64,000 nucleotides of DNA from Vicinamibacterales bacterium (GTDB taxonomy: Bacteria; Acidobacteriota; Vicinamibacteria; Vicinamibacterales; UBA2999). Below are positions 1-15,396 of this stretch, piece by piece. The stretch is taken from the NCBI GenBank assembly GCA_050183355.1, contig JBFXBH010000004.1, positions 1,807-65,806 of the forward strand. The letters run 5' to 3'. Positions within the stretch are counted from its first letter, which is position 1; every line of letters starts with the position of its first letter. The position numbers were made by a program, and so were the translations under genes. The notes beneath the pieces are model-generated. The model saw only the letters and a program-made list of their open reading frames with translations. It was not told where the DNA came from and searched no databases.

Positions 1-378
1 GTGCGCCATGTGGCAGGCCTGACAGGTGCCCCCCATGTCCTTCAGGGCGGCCTGGATGCCCTCGGCGCTCGACAGGTTCGCGCTGACGTTCAGATCGGCG
101 ACGGCCTTCGCGCCGGCGTCGGCGAGCTTGATGGCGTCGGGCGCGCCCTTGCCGTTCCAGAAGCGCAGCGTGACGGCAAACGCCTCCTTCGCGACCTCGC
201 CCTGCTTCTTGGCGAGTTCGAAGTCCTCCGACGCACCCGGTTTCCCGAGGGTCGCCATCACGCCGCCCAGATCCTTCATGGCCTTCTGGTACTCGGCGGA
301 TGGTTTCTCAGCAGCGCGGACAGCCGCGATCATGCTGGCGATGAGCAGACAGGTGGTGGCAAGAGACAGCCGGCGCAT
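1..378 (-). CDS. class II c-type cytochrome (cytochrome c-prime-like); 3' end runs off the window edge
   Basis: Own reverse-strand translation; absent from the ORF track because there is no in-window stop. Signal peptide MRRLSLATTCLLIASMIAAVRA, then a helical Ala/Lys-rich body, then a C-terminal CQACH heme motif (nt 10-24). AGGAGG Shine-Dalgarno at 384-389 (rc), 5 nt from the ATG at 378. Confidence 0.6.
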   Translation of the reverse strand, partial: MRRLSLATTCLLIASMIAAVRAAEKPSAEYQKAMKDLGGVMATLGKPGASEDFELAKKQGEVAKEAFAVTLRFWNGKGAPDAIKLADAGAKAVADLNVSANLSSAEGIQAALKDMGGTCQACHMAH

Positions 379-453
379 GTAGTCCTCCTCAGGCGCACAA
401 CGTCGGTGCGCGCGGACAGAAACAATCAGAACGCGCACAGCCTAGCCAACTTA

Positions 454-487
454 CGGGCGCGGGCCAAGCCGAAAGATCCCGCGCCCG
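454..487 (-). terminator. GC-rich stem-loop downstream of lapB (possible terminator, no U-tract)
   Basis: CGGGCGCGGG (454-463) pairs with CCCGCGCCCG (478-487) around a 14-nt loop. It lies in the 126-nt gap between the lapB stop and the cytochrome start. Confidence 0.3.
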
Positions 488-504
488 CCGTGGATAACTT
501 CGCG

Positions 505-1722
505 CTACTCGGAGAGGGCGCCGCGCGCCTGGCCGGCCCGTTCCTCGACGAAGGTGTTCCATTCGTGGCACTGGGGACACTGCCAGAGGAGTTCCGTGCT
601 GCGGTACCGGCAGCGGGTGCATACGTGGGGGTCGAGGTAGAAGACGGCCTCGCGGGCCAGCACGACGTAGCGGGCCACCAGGGCCGGGTCGAAGCCGACG
701 GTCGCCAGCACCTGCCAGATCGCCTGGTGCACGCGCATCCCATGCGGATGGTGGGGCAGCGCATCCATCAGCGTTTCGAAGGCCTCGACCGTACGGCCGG
801 CGTCCAGGTCGTGGCCGGCGAGCGCGAGCCGGGCGCGCCAGTCCTGCGGGTGCGCGTCGATCAGTGCCCGGCAGAAGGCGGGAAACCGGCCGGGCGTACC
901 ATCCTCCCGCCAGGCGGACTCCAGCCGATCGAAGACGAGGTGCGCGCGCTCGGGCACGGCGGCGGCCAGCGCCTCCCACGCGGCGATGGCCGGCCGCAGG
1001 TCGCCGCGGCGGCGCCGGACGTCCCCCAGGTTCAGATACGCGGGGGCGGTGCGTGCGTCGATGTCGATCGCCCGCTCGAAGGCCTGCAGGGCCGGACCGT
1101 CGGCGCCGGCCTGCAGGTGCGCCTCGCCGATCTCGTTCTCGAGGAACGCGAGAATCTCGAGGTTCCCCGGCCTGGAGGCGCCGTCGATCTGTGCGATCTG
1201 GCGGCGTGCCGCCGCGGCGTCCTCCCACTGGTGCTGGTCCTCGTGAAGCTTCTGGAGGTTGACGAGCGCGTGCCGGTTGGCCGGGTCCAGCGTCAGGACC
1301 TCGCGGAACGCCTCGGCCGCCCGGTCCACGAACCCGCCGCGGCGGAAGTCGAGCCCCAGGCACAGCAGGATGTGCGCGTGTTCGATCGGCCGGAGCCCGG
1401 CCCGCTGCAGCAGCGACTGGTGGGTGTTGATGGCGCGGGTGACCTGACCCTTCTCGCGGAAGAGGTTGCCGAGGATCATCTGCACTTCGAGCGCGTCGGG
1501 CTCGGTCGACGCCGCCTGGGTCAGCTCGTCGATGGCGTCGTCGATGCGGCCGGCGACCAGGAAGTGCAGGCCCAGCATGTAGTGGGGCGTGTCGCGCAGG
1601 CGGCGCCGGTCGAGCCACCGTCCGTCGCGGAGCTTGTAGCGTTCCCAGGCCTTGCCGCTGAAGATGCCGGCCAGCAGGGCCAGCAGGGTCGCGAGGAGCC
1701 AGAACTGCGCGCTGAACTGCAC
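505..1722 (-). CDS. lapB: lipopolysaccharide assembly protein LapB/YciM (TPR plus rubredoxin-like zinc finger)
   Basis: N-terminal TM helix (FWLLATLLALLAGIF), TPR-like repeats, and C-terminal CTRC...CPQCHEW metal-binding motif. GTG start. Sits upstream of the Kdo genes. Confidence 0.8.
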   Translation of the reverse strand: MQFSAQFWLLATLLALLAGIFSGKAWERYKLRDGRWLDRRRLRDTPHYMLGLHFLVAGRIDDAIDELTQAASTEPDALEVQMILGNLFREKGQVTRAINTHQSLLQRAGLRPIEHAHILLCLGLDFRRGGFVDRAAEAFREVLTLDPANRHALVNLQKLHEDQHQWEDAAAARRQIAQIDGASRPGNLEILAFLENEIGEAHLQAGADGPALQAFERAIDIDARTAPAYLNLGDVRRRRGDLRPAIAAWEALAAAVPERAHLVFDRLESAWREDGTPGRFPAFCRALIDAHPQDWRARLALAGHDLDAGRTVEAFETLMDALPHHPHGMRVHQAIWQVLATVGFDPALVARYVVLAREAVFYLDPHVCTRCRYRSTELLWQCPQCHEWNTFVEERAGQARGALSE

Positions 1723-1738
1723 CGCGGATGCCTGCAGC

Positions 1739-2722
1739 CTAGATCAGTTCGGTGCCCCAGAGGTCGTGCAGGTGCAGCACGCCCTCCGGTCGCCCGGCGT
1801 CGCCGACCACGACGACGGACGTGATCTTGCGGCGCTCGAGCACGTTCAGCGCCTCCGCCGCGAGCACGTCCGGCCGCAGGACCACCGGGCGGGCCGTCAT
1901 GATGTCGCGCGCCCGGCGGGTCAGCAGGTCCGCCGTGCCGACCATGTGGCGCCGCAGGTCGCCGTCCGTGATGACGCCGGCGAGCAGGCCCGCGTCGTCC
2001 ACCACGCAGGTCATGCCGAGGCCCTTCCGGGAAATCTCGTAGATCGCGTCGGGCACCGGCGCGTCCGGCCCGACCGACGGCAGCGCGTCACCCGTGTGCA
2101 TCAGGTCGGCGACGCGCATGAACTGCTTGCCGAGCTTGCCGCCCGGATGGAGCGAGGCGAAATCCTCCACGCGGAAGCCCTTCGCCTGGAGCACCGTCAT
2201 CGCCAGCGCGTCGCCCATCGCGAGCGCCGCCGTGGTGCTCGCCGTCGGCGCCAGGCCGAGGGGGCACGCCTCGGCCGACACACCGCAGTCCAGCACGGCA
2301 TCGGCGGCGCGGCCGAGCGTGGAGGCCGGCGCGCCGGTCAGCGCGACGAGCGACGCGCCGAGGCGCTTGATGGTCTGCAGCAGGCGGAGGATTTCGTCGG
2401 TCTCGCCGCTATGGGAGAGCGCGACCACGACGTCGTCGGACTGGATGGCGCCGAGGTCGCCGTGGAGGGCCTCCGCCGGGTGCAGGAAGAAGGCGGCCGT
2501 GCCCGTGCCGGTCAGCGTCGCGGCGAGCTTGCGGCTGATGATGCCGGACTTGCCCATGCCGGTGACGATGACGCGGCCCCGGCAGGCGGCGACGAGCCGC
2601 ACGGCCTCGTCGAACGACGGGCCGATGCGGTCGACCAGCGCGCGGATGGCGGCGGCCTCCGTTTCGAGCACGCTCCGGGCGAGGTCGCGTCCCCCGGGCT
2701 GGGGCGCCGGCGGGGGCGTCAT
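1739..2722 (-). CDS. kdsD: arabinose-5-phosphate isomerase (SIS domain plus CBS pair), KdsD/KpsF family
   Basis: Start chosen at internal MTPPPAPQ (ATG 2722). SIS motif VIVTGMGKSG and a C-terminal CBS pair. The upstream part of the 582-aa ORF is Arg/Pro-rich overprint of kdsA. ATGA overlap with kdsA. Confidence 0.85.
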   Translation of the reverse strand: MTPPPAPQPGGRDLARSVLETEAAAIRALVDRIGPSFDEAVRLVAACRGRVIVTGMGKSGIISRKLAATLTGTGTAAFFLHPAEALHGDLGAIQSDDVVVALSHSGETDEILRLLQTIKRLGASLVALTGAPASTLGRAADAVLDCGVSAEACPLGLAPTASTTAALAMGDALAMTVLQAKGFRVEDFASLHPGGKLGKQFMRVADLMHTGDALPSVGPDAPVPDAIYEISRKGLGMTCVVDDAGLLAGVITDGDLRRHMVGTADLLTRRARDIMTARPVVLRPDVLAAEALNVLERRKITSVVVVGDAGRPEGVLHLHDLWGTELI

Positions 2723-3560
2723 GGCGCCGTCTCCGCCGGGCAGGGAGGCACGCGGTGCAGCGCGAGCAGACGGGTCAGCAGCGGCTCCAGCCGGTCGAGG
2801 CGGAGTGCGTTGGCGGCGTCGCTCTTGGCGCGCCGGGGGTCGTCGTGCACTTCCATGAACACGCCGTCGACGCCCGCCGCGACGCCGGCCGAGGCCAGCG
2901 GCTCGATGTACTCGGCCAGGCCGATCGTGACGCCATCGCCCGCGCCCGGCAGTTGCAGGCTGTGGGTCACGTCGAAGATGACGGGGTAGCCTAGCGCCCG
3001 CAGCATGGGGAACGCCCGCATGTCGACGACGAGGTTGTTGTAGCCGAACGTGGTGCCGCGTTCGGTCACCGTGACGGCCTGATTGCCCGTCGAGGCGACC
3101 TTCGCGAGGGCGTGCCGCATGTCGTTCGGCGCGAGGAACTGGCCCTTCTTGATGTTGACCGCCCGGCCGGTGGCGGCGGCCGCGAGCAGCAGATCCGTCT
3201 GGCGGCACAGGAAGGCCGGAATCTGCAGGATGTCGACGACCTCGGCGGCCGGCGCGGCCTGCGCCGCCTCGTGGATGTCGGTCAGCACGGGCAGGCCGCT
3301 CCGCTCGCGGACCTCGGCCAGGACCCGGAGACCGTCGGTGATGCCGGGGCCCCGGAACGACGTCACCGAGGTCCGGTTGGCCTTGTCGAACGACGCCTTG
3401 AAGACGGCGGGCACACCCGCGCGCGCCGCGATCTCGCGGATGGCCAGGGCCATCTCGACCGCGTGCGCCCGGCTCTCGATGACGCACGGGCCGAGGATGA
3501 AGGGGAGGGAGCCGTCGCCAAACGTGACGGACCCCGCGGAGACGCGCTGCACGGGCGCCA

Positions 3561-3561
<1 letters not shown>
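2719..3561 (-). CDS. kdsA: 3-deoxy-8-phosphooctulonate (Kdo8P) synthase
   Basis: Start at MAPVQRVSAG (ATG 3561). Conserved KASFDKANRTS, QIPAFLCRQTDLL and DVTHSLQLPG blocks. One-nt overlap with the pyrG stop. Confidence 0.9.
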
Positions 3562-5980
<2,419 letters not shown>

Positions 5981-6043
5981 GGGCCATTGCCGGGCGGATC
6001 GCGCCGATACGGCGCCGGATCCGTGCGGTTGTATGATCGGCCC

Positions 6044-6592
6044 ATGCTTCCGGGCACGTGGAAGGGCACGCTCGTCTGGTCGGGCGCGACGGCGATGGCG
6101 ACGTGGCTGGCCTCGGCGCCGGCGGTGGTCGCCCCGGGCGATGACCGGCTGGCGCCCCAGGCTCGCTTCGACGCCGCCGACACGCAGGCCGTCGTGGTCC
6201 AGATGCAGGAGCTCAGCAGCGAGGCTGAACGCCTGGCCCGCCGCCTGTCGGGCGAGGACGCCTTCGCCGCGCCGGAGCGTGATCCGTTCCGCTTCAAGGC
6301 GGCGCCGGCGCCGCGCGCGTCAGTGCCCGCGGCCCCGCCGGCGGCGGCCGAGGTCGCGCCCGCGCCTCCACCCGTGCAGCCGCCGCCGTTTGCCCTCTCG
6401 GGCATCGCGGAGGACCGTCAGGGGGATGCGATTGTCAGAACGGCGGTCGTCACCGGCGGTGGCGACCTCTGGCTGGTGAAGGCGGGAGAGAAAGTGGAAG
6501 GGAAGTTCGAGGTGACGGCGGTCGATGCCGACGCGGTCGAACTCATCCGCGCCGACACCGGCACCGCCGTCCGGCTGACGTTCAGACCCTGA
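6044..6592 (+). CDS. hypothetical exported protein with Ala/Pro-rich linker and a PilP/GspC-like C-terminal beta domain
   Basis: Start placed at MLPGTWKG (ATG 6044) inside ORF 5987..6592. Hydrophobic segment LVWSGATAMATWLA. The C-terminal block ALSGIAEDRQGDAIVRTAVV..LWLVKAGEKVEGKFEVTAVDADAVEL resembles the PilP/GspC HR-domain pattern (from memory). Confidence 0.45.
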   Translation: MLPGTWKGTLVWSGATAMATWLASAPAVVAPGDDRLAPQARFDAADTQAVVVQMQELSSEAERLARRLSGEDAFAAPERDPFRFKAAPAPRASVPAAPPAAAEVAPAPPPVQPPPFALSGIAEDRQGDAIVRTAVVTGGGDLWLVKAGEKVEGKFEVTAVDADAVELIRADTGTAVRLTFRP

Positions 6593-8156
6593 CGAGCCGC
6601 GCGGTCTTGACCGCCGGCAGCGCCCGCAGTTCCTCCAGCACCGATTCGCCGACGGGCTTCGTCTCGTCGATGCTCACCACGCCGACCGCCCGGTTGCCGT
6701 CGCGGCCGAGGGCGAACGTCCCGATGTTGATGCCGTTCCTGCCGAGCACGGTGCCGACCTCGCCGATGACGCCCGGCTGGTCGGTGTTGGACAGCACGAT
6801 CAGCGACCCGTCGAGCACGGCCTCGACCGGGACGCCGTCGACGAGGACGAGGCGCGGAGCGGCCTTGTCGAAGACCGCGCCCTCGACCCAGTGCTCGCCG
6901 CCGCTGGTCTTGAGCTTGACCGACAGGAGGCGCGTGTAGTCGCGCGGCCTCGAGCTCTGGGACTCAACGATCTCGATCCCGCGTTCCTGTGCGACGCTCC
7001 GCGCGTTGACGGCGCTGACGCCGGTCGACAGGATCTGCTTGAAGAGCCCCACGAGCACCGCACTGACGACCAGGTCCGTCTTGCCGAGCGATTCCCCGTA
7101 GTAGCGGACGGCGACGGTCTCGATCCGATCGGACGCCAGTTGCGCGAGCACGGAGCCCAGCCGCTCGCCCAGCGAGAGGAACGGCGACATCCGCGCGTAC
7201 TCCTCGGGGGAGACGGACGCGAAGTTGACGGCGTTCCTGATGACGCCGTCGCGCAGGCAGTCACGGAGCGCGACGGTCGTCTCGCTGCCGGCGAGCTCCT
7301 GCGCTTCACGCGTGGAGGCGGCGATGTGCGGGGAGGCGACGACCTGCGGCAGCATCTGCAGGCGCTGGTCGACGGTCGGCTCCTTCTGGAACACGTCGAG
7401 CGCGGCGCCCGCGACGTGGCCCGATTCGATGGCGTCGGCCAGCGCGGCCTCGTCGATCAGGTCGCCGCGTGCCGTATTGATGATGCGGATGCCCTTCTTG
7501 GCCTTGGCGAGGAGCGCCGTGTTCACCATGCCGCGGGTCTGGGCGGTCGACGGCATGTGCAGCGAGACGTAGTCGGCCCTCGCGAACAGCTCCTCCAGCG
7601 AGACGAGCTCGACGCCGAGGTCCGACGCCACCTGGGCGGCGATGAACGGGTCGTGCGCGATCACCTGCATGCCGAACGGCGCCACGCGGCGGGCCACTTC
7701 CTGGCCGATGCGGCCGAGGCCGGCGAGACCGAGGACCTTGTCCCGGATCTCCTCGCCCATGAACGACTTCTTGTCCCACTTGCCCTGCTTCATCGTGGCG
7801 TCGGCGCGGGGGATGTGGCGGGCGAGGCAGAGGATCTGGCCGACGGCCAGCTCGGCGACGCTGATGCTGTTGGCGCCGGGGGCGTTCATGACGACGATGC
7901 CGCGCGCGCTGGCCGCCTTGACGTCGACGTTGTCGACGCCGGTGCCGGCGCGGGCAATGACGCGGAGCTTCGGCGCGGCCTCGATCAGCTCGGCCGTGAC
8001 CTTGGTGGCGCTGCGCACCATGATCGCGTCGGCATCGGCGAGGTCCGCTTTCAGTTGTTCAACGGGACGACCGGACGTGGCATCTACGGTCCAGCCTTCC
8101 GCGCGCAGCAGGTCCGCGGCGGATGCCGGAAGATCATCAGCGATTACGATTTTCAT
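6582..8156 (-). CDS. serA: D-3-phosphoglycerate dehydrogenase (long form with ASB and ACT domains)
   Basis: Start at MKIVIADDL (ATG 8156). NAD motif GLAGLGRIGQEVA, and a C-terminal ACT-like LIVLSNTDQPGVIGEVGTVLG. The in-frame upstream extension to 8318 falls in the lower-GC intergenic region. Confidence 0.9.
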   Translation of the reverse strand: MKIVIADDLPASAADLLRAEGWTVDATSGRPVEQLKADLADADAIMVRSATKVTAELIEAAPKLRVIARAGTGVDNVDVKAASARGIVVMNAPGANSISVAELAVGQILCLARHIPRADATMKQGKWDKKSFMGEEIRDKVLGLAGLGRIGQEVARRVAPFGMQVIAHDPFIAAQVASDLGVELVSLEELFARADYVSLHMPSTAQTRGMVNTALLAKAKKGIRIINTARGDLIDEAALADAIESGHVAGAALDVFQKEPTVDQRLQMLPQVVASPHIAASTREAQELAGSETTVALRDCLRDGVIRNAVNFASVSPEEYARMSPFLSLGERLGSVLAQLASDRIETVAVRYYGESLGKTDLVVSAVLVGLFKQILSTGVSAVNARSVAQERGIEIVESQSSRPRDYTRLLSVKLKTSGGEHWVEGAVFDKAAPRLVLVDGVPVEAVLDGSLIVLSNTDQPGVIGEVGTVLGRNGINIGTFALGRDGNRAVGVVSIDETKPVGESVLEELRALPAVKTARLVRV

Positions 8157-8315
8157 TGGCAGGGGATTCGGGATCTCAGACGTGATGGGTTGACGACAAT
8201 TCAGTATAAACTTTCTGCAGCTCCTCGCTGTCGCACCATCATGGTGCAAACCGCTAAAAGGTTCGACATCGCGAGGAATTTCCTGCACGGGCCGGGTCAT
8301 TTCAACAGGCTTTTC

Positions 8316-8328
8316 CACAGAATCTGTG
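8316..8328. promoter_or_regulatory. 13-bp perfect palindrome CACAGAATCTGTG about 50 nt upstream of mdh (candidate operator)
   Basis: Read directly from the sequence in the 221-nt serA/mdh divergent intergenic region. Confidence 0.2.
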
Positions 8329-8377
8329 AACGCAGTGTGTCTGACGTCGGGGCGAGTCCCCTAAGGGATAGAACGGC

Positions 8378-9304
8378 ATGAATCGCAAAGTGACGGTAGT
8401 GGGCGGCGCCGGCAATGTCGGTGCCACGGTGGCGCGGTCGGTCGCGGAACGGGAGCTCGCCGATGTCGTGATCATCGACATCGCGGATCAGAAGGCCGCC
8501 GGCGTGGCGCTGGATATGTACCAGGCGCAGCCGATTCTCGGGTCCGACGCCCGCGTCATCGGCGGGGCGGACTGGAGCGCGGCGGAAGGCTCCGATGTGG
8601 TGGTCATCACGTCCGGCAAGCCGCGCAAGCCGGGCATGAGCCGGGACGATCTCGTGAAGGACAACTTCGAGATCATGAAGAGCATCGCGCCGAACCTGGT
8701 GAAGTACACGCCGGACGCGGTCATCATCCCGGTGGCGAACCCGCTGGATGCGATGTCGCAGGCGCTCTTCAAGCTGACGAAGTTCCCGAAGGAGCGCATC
8801 CTCGGCATGGCCGGTGTGCTGGATTCGGCCCGCATGAGCACGTTCGTCGCGATGGAACTGGGCGTCTCCGTTCAGAACATCCACTCGTTCGTGCTCGGCG
8901 GCCACGGCGACACGATGGTGCCGCTGCCGCGTTATTCGACCTGCGCCGGCATTCCGATTACGGAATTGCTGTCGAAGGAGAAGATTGACGCGATCTGCAC
9001 GCGCACCGCGAACGGCGGCGCGGAAATTACGAAGCTGGTCGGTACGAGCGCGTGGTACGCGCCGGGCACCGCCGCGGCGCAGATGGTCGAGGCCGTGCTG
9101 AAGGACAAGAAGCAGATCCTGCCGTGCTCGGTCTACCTGACCGGCGAGTACGGCATCAACGACCTGTTCGTCGGCGTGCCGGTGAAGGTCGGGGCGCGCG
9201 GGGTCGAGCAGATCATCGAGATCACGCTGACGGCCGAGGAGCACGCCGCGCTGCAGAAGTCGGCCGGTGCGGTGCGCGAGCTCGTCGACGTCATCGGTAT
9301 GTAA
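8378..9304 (+). CDS. mdh: malate dehydrogenase (LDH-like type)
   Basis: 308 aa. [16 protein letters not shown] motif, [14 protein letters not shown] substrate loop, and GGHGDTMVP. Confidence 0.93.
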   Translation: MNRKVTVVGGAGNVGATVARSVAERELADVVIIDIADQKAAGVALDMYQAQPILGSDARVIGGADWSAAEGSDVVVITSGKPRKPGMSRDDLVKDNFEIMKSIAPNLVKYTPDAVIIPVANPLDAMSQALFKLTKFPKERILGMAGVLDSARMSTFVAMELGVSVQNIHSFVLGGHGDTMVPLPRYSTCAGIPITELLSKEKIDAICTRTANGGAEITKLVGTSAWYAPGTAAAQMVEAVLKDKKQILPCSVYLTGEYGINDLFVGVPVKVGARGVEQIIEITLTAEEHAALQKSAGAVRELVDVIGM

Positions 9305-9305
9305 G

Positions 9306-10781
9306 GTGAAGCCGGGCCTCCACGGCCTGCTGCTTTCCTCGGCGCTGGTCCTCTACGCCGCCGGATTCCTGGTCTGGTTTCCGGCGGCGCTCTCCATTAC
9401 CGACGAGGCGCATTACGTGGCCGGCGCGCTGGCGCTGGTGCGGGCCGCCTCGACCGGCGTGCTCGACGGCGTCACCGGCGCGTCCATGGTCGGCGAGGCG
9501 CCCACCACGTATCCCGCCGGCACGGCGCTGCTGCAGGCGCCGTTTGTCGGCCTCTTCGGCTGGCGCGCGGCGGCGCTGGCGTCGGTCGCAGCGCTCTTCG
9601 CCGTCGCGGCCGTCCTGTGGCGATGGCTCCGGGAGGCCGGCGCCTCGCCGGCCCCGATCTGGCTCTGGCTGGGATTTCCGCCCGCGCTCGCGATGGGACG
9701 GCTCGCGATGAGCGACGTGCCGGCGGCGGCGTGCGTGGCGCTGGGGCTGTACGCGTTCTGGAGGGGGAGCCAGCCCGGTGCGACGTGGCGGCCGTGGGCC
9801 GTTGCGGGCCTGGCCACCGGTGGGTCCCTGCTGCTGCGCGAGCCCCTGCTGCTGATCCTCGGGCCGTTCGCCGCGGGGGCGTGGCTGCGGCGGGACCCGC
9901 ACGGCGCGGTGCTTGGCGCCGGTGTGGTGGCCGGCGTGGCGCTCCGGCTGCTGACGGGCCAGGTGTTCTACGGCGATCCCCTGACGGTCAACCCCGTGGG
10001 CTTCGGCTTCGCGCTCGACGCGGTGGCACGCACCGCGCCCGTCTATCTGTTCTCGCTGCTCGTCCTGGTGCCCGGCTGCCTGCTCTGGATGCCGCGCTAC
10101 CGGGGCTGGCGCTGGCCGGAGTGTCAGGCCGCGGTGTGGGGCACGGTGGCGTTCTTCCTGGTCTACAACTACGAGACGGTGCCCGCGGCCGGTCCGCGCC
10201 AGCTCGTGCTGCTGGGACGGTTTCTCGTGCCGCTCGTGCCGCTGCTCGTCTGGTGCGCGGCGCCGACGCTCGGGGCGTGGTGGGAGCGGCGGGCGGCCGG
10301 GCGGTCCGCCGCCGCGTGGGCCTGGGGCGCCCGTCTGTGGATGGCGGGGGTTATCGGAGGCGCTATCGCGGTGCACCCGGTGCTCGGGGCCTGGGACCGG
10401 ACTCAGGCCCGCATCGGCGGGCAGATCATCGCGGCGACGCCGCCCGGCTCGACGGTCGTGACGGTGTCCGCCGACCTCGAGAAGTACGTGCACCCCGGCA
10501 CGGGCCCCCGGAACCTGCTCTCGGCCGACATCGCGACGCCGGAGGCCCTGCCCGCGTTGCTGCGTGGCACGGGCGAGCTGTACATCGCGTCCGTGGAGCG
10601 ATCGGCCGGCGCGTACGAGCAGGAGGTGGCCGATCTGGCGCGGGCGTATCACGCCGCGGTGGCGCGGACGTGCACGATGGCGCGGCTGGTCGACGACGAG
10701 GTCAGCCCGGGCACCCGCCTGCGGGTGCACCGGGTCGATGCGTGCGTGGGCCCGGCGGCCCGCGCCGGCGTCAGCCCTTGA
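9306..10781 (+). CDS. polytopic membrane protein, probable GT-C fold (ArnT/PMT-like) glycosyltransferase
   Basis: GTG at 9306, directly after the mdh stop. At least 10 hydrophobic segments, and a first-loop ITDEAHY motif resembling the DE(x)xY motif of GT-C enzymes. Soluble C-terminal domain. Confidence 0.5.
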   Translation: MKPGLHGLLLSSALVLYAAGFLVWFPAALSITDEAHYVAGALALVRAASTGVLDGVTGASMVGEAPTTYPAGTALLQAPFVGLFGWRAAALASVAALFAVAAVLWRWLREAGASPAPIWLWLGFPPALAMGRLAMSDVPAAACVALGLYAFWRGSQPGATWRPWAVAGLATGGSLLLREPLLLILGPFAAGAWLRRDPHGAVLGAGVVAGVALRLLTGQVFYGDPLTVNPVGFGFALDAVARTAPVYLFSLLVLVPGCLLWMPRYRGWRWPECQAAVWGTVAFFLVYNYETVPAAGPRQLVLLGRFLVPLVPLLVWCAAPTLGAWWERRAAGRSAAAWAWGARLWMAGVIGGAIAVHPVLGAWDRTQARIGGQIIAATPPGSTVVTVSADLEKYVHPGTGPRNLLSADIATPEALPALLRGTGELYIASVERSAGAYEQEVADLARAYHAAVARTCTMARLVDDEVSPGTRLRVHRVDACVGPAARAGVSP

Positions 10782-11522
10782 GGGCGGCCTTGTGGTAGTC
10801 CCGGTACATCCGGGCGATGCCTGAGATCGAAATCTCCTTCGGGCAGACGGCCTCGCACTCGCCTTCGTTCGAGCAGTTCCCGAAGCCTTCCGCGTCCATC
10901 TGGTCCACCATCCGGACCACGCGCGTATAGCGCTCGGGCTGCCCCTGCGGCAGCAGCCCCAGGTGCGTGACCTTCGCGGACGTGAACAGATGCGCCGCCG
11001 CGTTCTTGCAGGCCGCGACGCACGCGCCACAGCCGATGCAGGCCGCCATGTCCATCGCGGCCTCGGACACGGCCTTCGCGATGGGCAGCGCGTTGCCGTC
11101 CGGCGCGCCGCCGGTGTTGAATGACACGTAGCCGCCCGCCGCGATGATGCGGTCGAAGGCACTCCGGTCGACGACGAGATCCTTCACGACGGGGAAGGCC
11201 TTCGCCCGCCACGGTTCGATCGTGACCGTATCGCCGTTCCTGAAGCTCCGCATGTGGAGCTGGCAGGTCGTCGTGCCGCGCAGCGGGCCGTGCGGCACGC
11301 CGTTGATGACGAGGCCGCAGGCGCCGCAGATGCCTTCGCGGCAGTCCGACTCGAACGCGATCGCCTCCTCGCCCTTCCGGATGAGGCCTTCGTTGACCAC
11401 ATCGAGCATTTCGAGGAACGACATGTCCGTGCTGACGTTGTCCGCGGAGTAGTCGACCAGACGACCCGGGGTGTTGGGGCCGGCCTGCCGCCAGACCTTG
11501 AGCTTGATGCTGATGGTCGCCA

Positions 11523-11523
<1 letters not shown>
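10771..11523 (-). CDS. sdhB: succinate dehydrogenase/fumarate reductase iron-sulfur subunit
   Basis: Start at [11 protein letters not shown] (ATG 11523). Cys clusters [21 protein letters not shown] and [12 protein letters not shown]. Confidence 0.92.
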
Positions 11524-13432
<1,909 letters not shown>

Positions 13433-13436
<4 letters not shown>

Positions 13437-14101
13437 GCCTGCACGCCTCCGGTGACGAAAGCCCAGAGGGCGATCAGGATGAAGAGCGCCGCGATCAGCG
13501 AGGCGGCGACCTTTCCGAACATGAGGATGCGCGGCGTCCAGACCGGATGGTCCAGGCCGAGCGACTGGAAGGCGCTCGAGATGCCGTGGAAGAGGTGCAT
13601 GCCGACGATGCCCATCGTCAGCACGTAGAAGGCCACCAGCGCGGGGTTCGAGAAGTAGCCCATCTCCAGCGCGTACAAATCCCGGTGGCCGTCGGCGGTC
13701 ATCGGCGCGGGGGCGAACTTGAAGCCGTAGACGTGCAGGACGACGAAGACCAGCAGCCAGACGCCGGACACGATCATCGTCGTCGACGCGAAGGACTTGC
13801 GGCTCTTCCCGCCGGCCGGCTTCTTCACCACGTAGGCGACCGGCCGGGCGCCCCGGTTCCGGAGCGTCATGGCCACGGCCCGGACCGCGTGGGTCAGGAA
13901 CGCCGTGAGCAGCACGATCTCGATGACGATGATGATCGGGTTGGCCGAGAGCGCGCCGGCATACAGGTTGAACGTGTCCGGACCGGCGAACACCACCAGA
14001 TTGCCCGCGATGTGAACCAGAAGGTAGATGAAGAGGAACAGTCCCGTGATGCCGACCAGCAGCTTGGTGCCGACCGACGACGCGAACGGACGTGACGACA
14101 T
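13433..14101 (-). CDS. sdhC: succinate dehydrogenase cytochrome b558-type membrane subunit
   Basis: Start at [13 protein letters not shown] (ATG 14101). About five TM helices with conserved His residues. ATGA overlap with sdhA. Confidence 0.8.
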
Positions 14102-14215
14102 GCAGACTCCACAGACGGCGAGCCCCGCGCCACCGTCACAAACCTTCTGATTGTAGTTGTGCGCGCCGAACCCACGCAACCCGCGCTTGACCGCCTGCCA
14201 ACGCGCTGACTACGA

Positions 14216-15394
<1,179 letters not shown>

Positions 15395-15396
15395 TC

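Noticed and set aside
1-1824. 607-aa plus-strand ORF covering the cytochrome and lapB loci
   Set aside because: The composition is Arg/Gly/Ala/Pro/Val-rich with no recognisable motif. It lies antisense to two ORFs with clear family signatures, which is typical of a shadow ORF in high-GC DNA.
8190-8212. TTGACG ... TATAAA sigma-70-like promoter in the serA/mdh spacer
   Set aside because: The hexamers are only 9 nt apart, against an expected spacing of about 17 nt. They are not a functional -35/-10 pair as spaced.
8157-8318. In-frame upstream extension of serA (MEKPVEMTRPVQEI...)
   Set aside because: The canonical PGDH N-terminus is MKIVIADD at 8156. The extension runs through the AT-richer intergenic region shared with mdh.
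9291-11162. 623-aa minus-strand ORF, and similar long ORFs at 27680..30076(-), 43377..45884(-), 52321..53949(-), 54051..55538(-) and 38714..40210(-)
   Set aside because: All are extremely Arg/Pro/Gly-rich. Each is antisense or out of frame to a gene with strong conserved motifs. They are high-GC overprinting artefacts.
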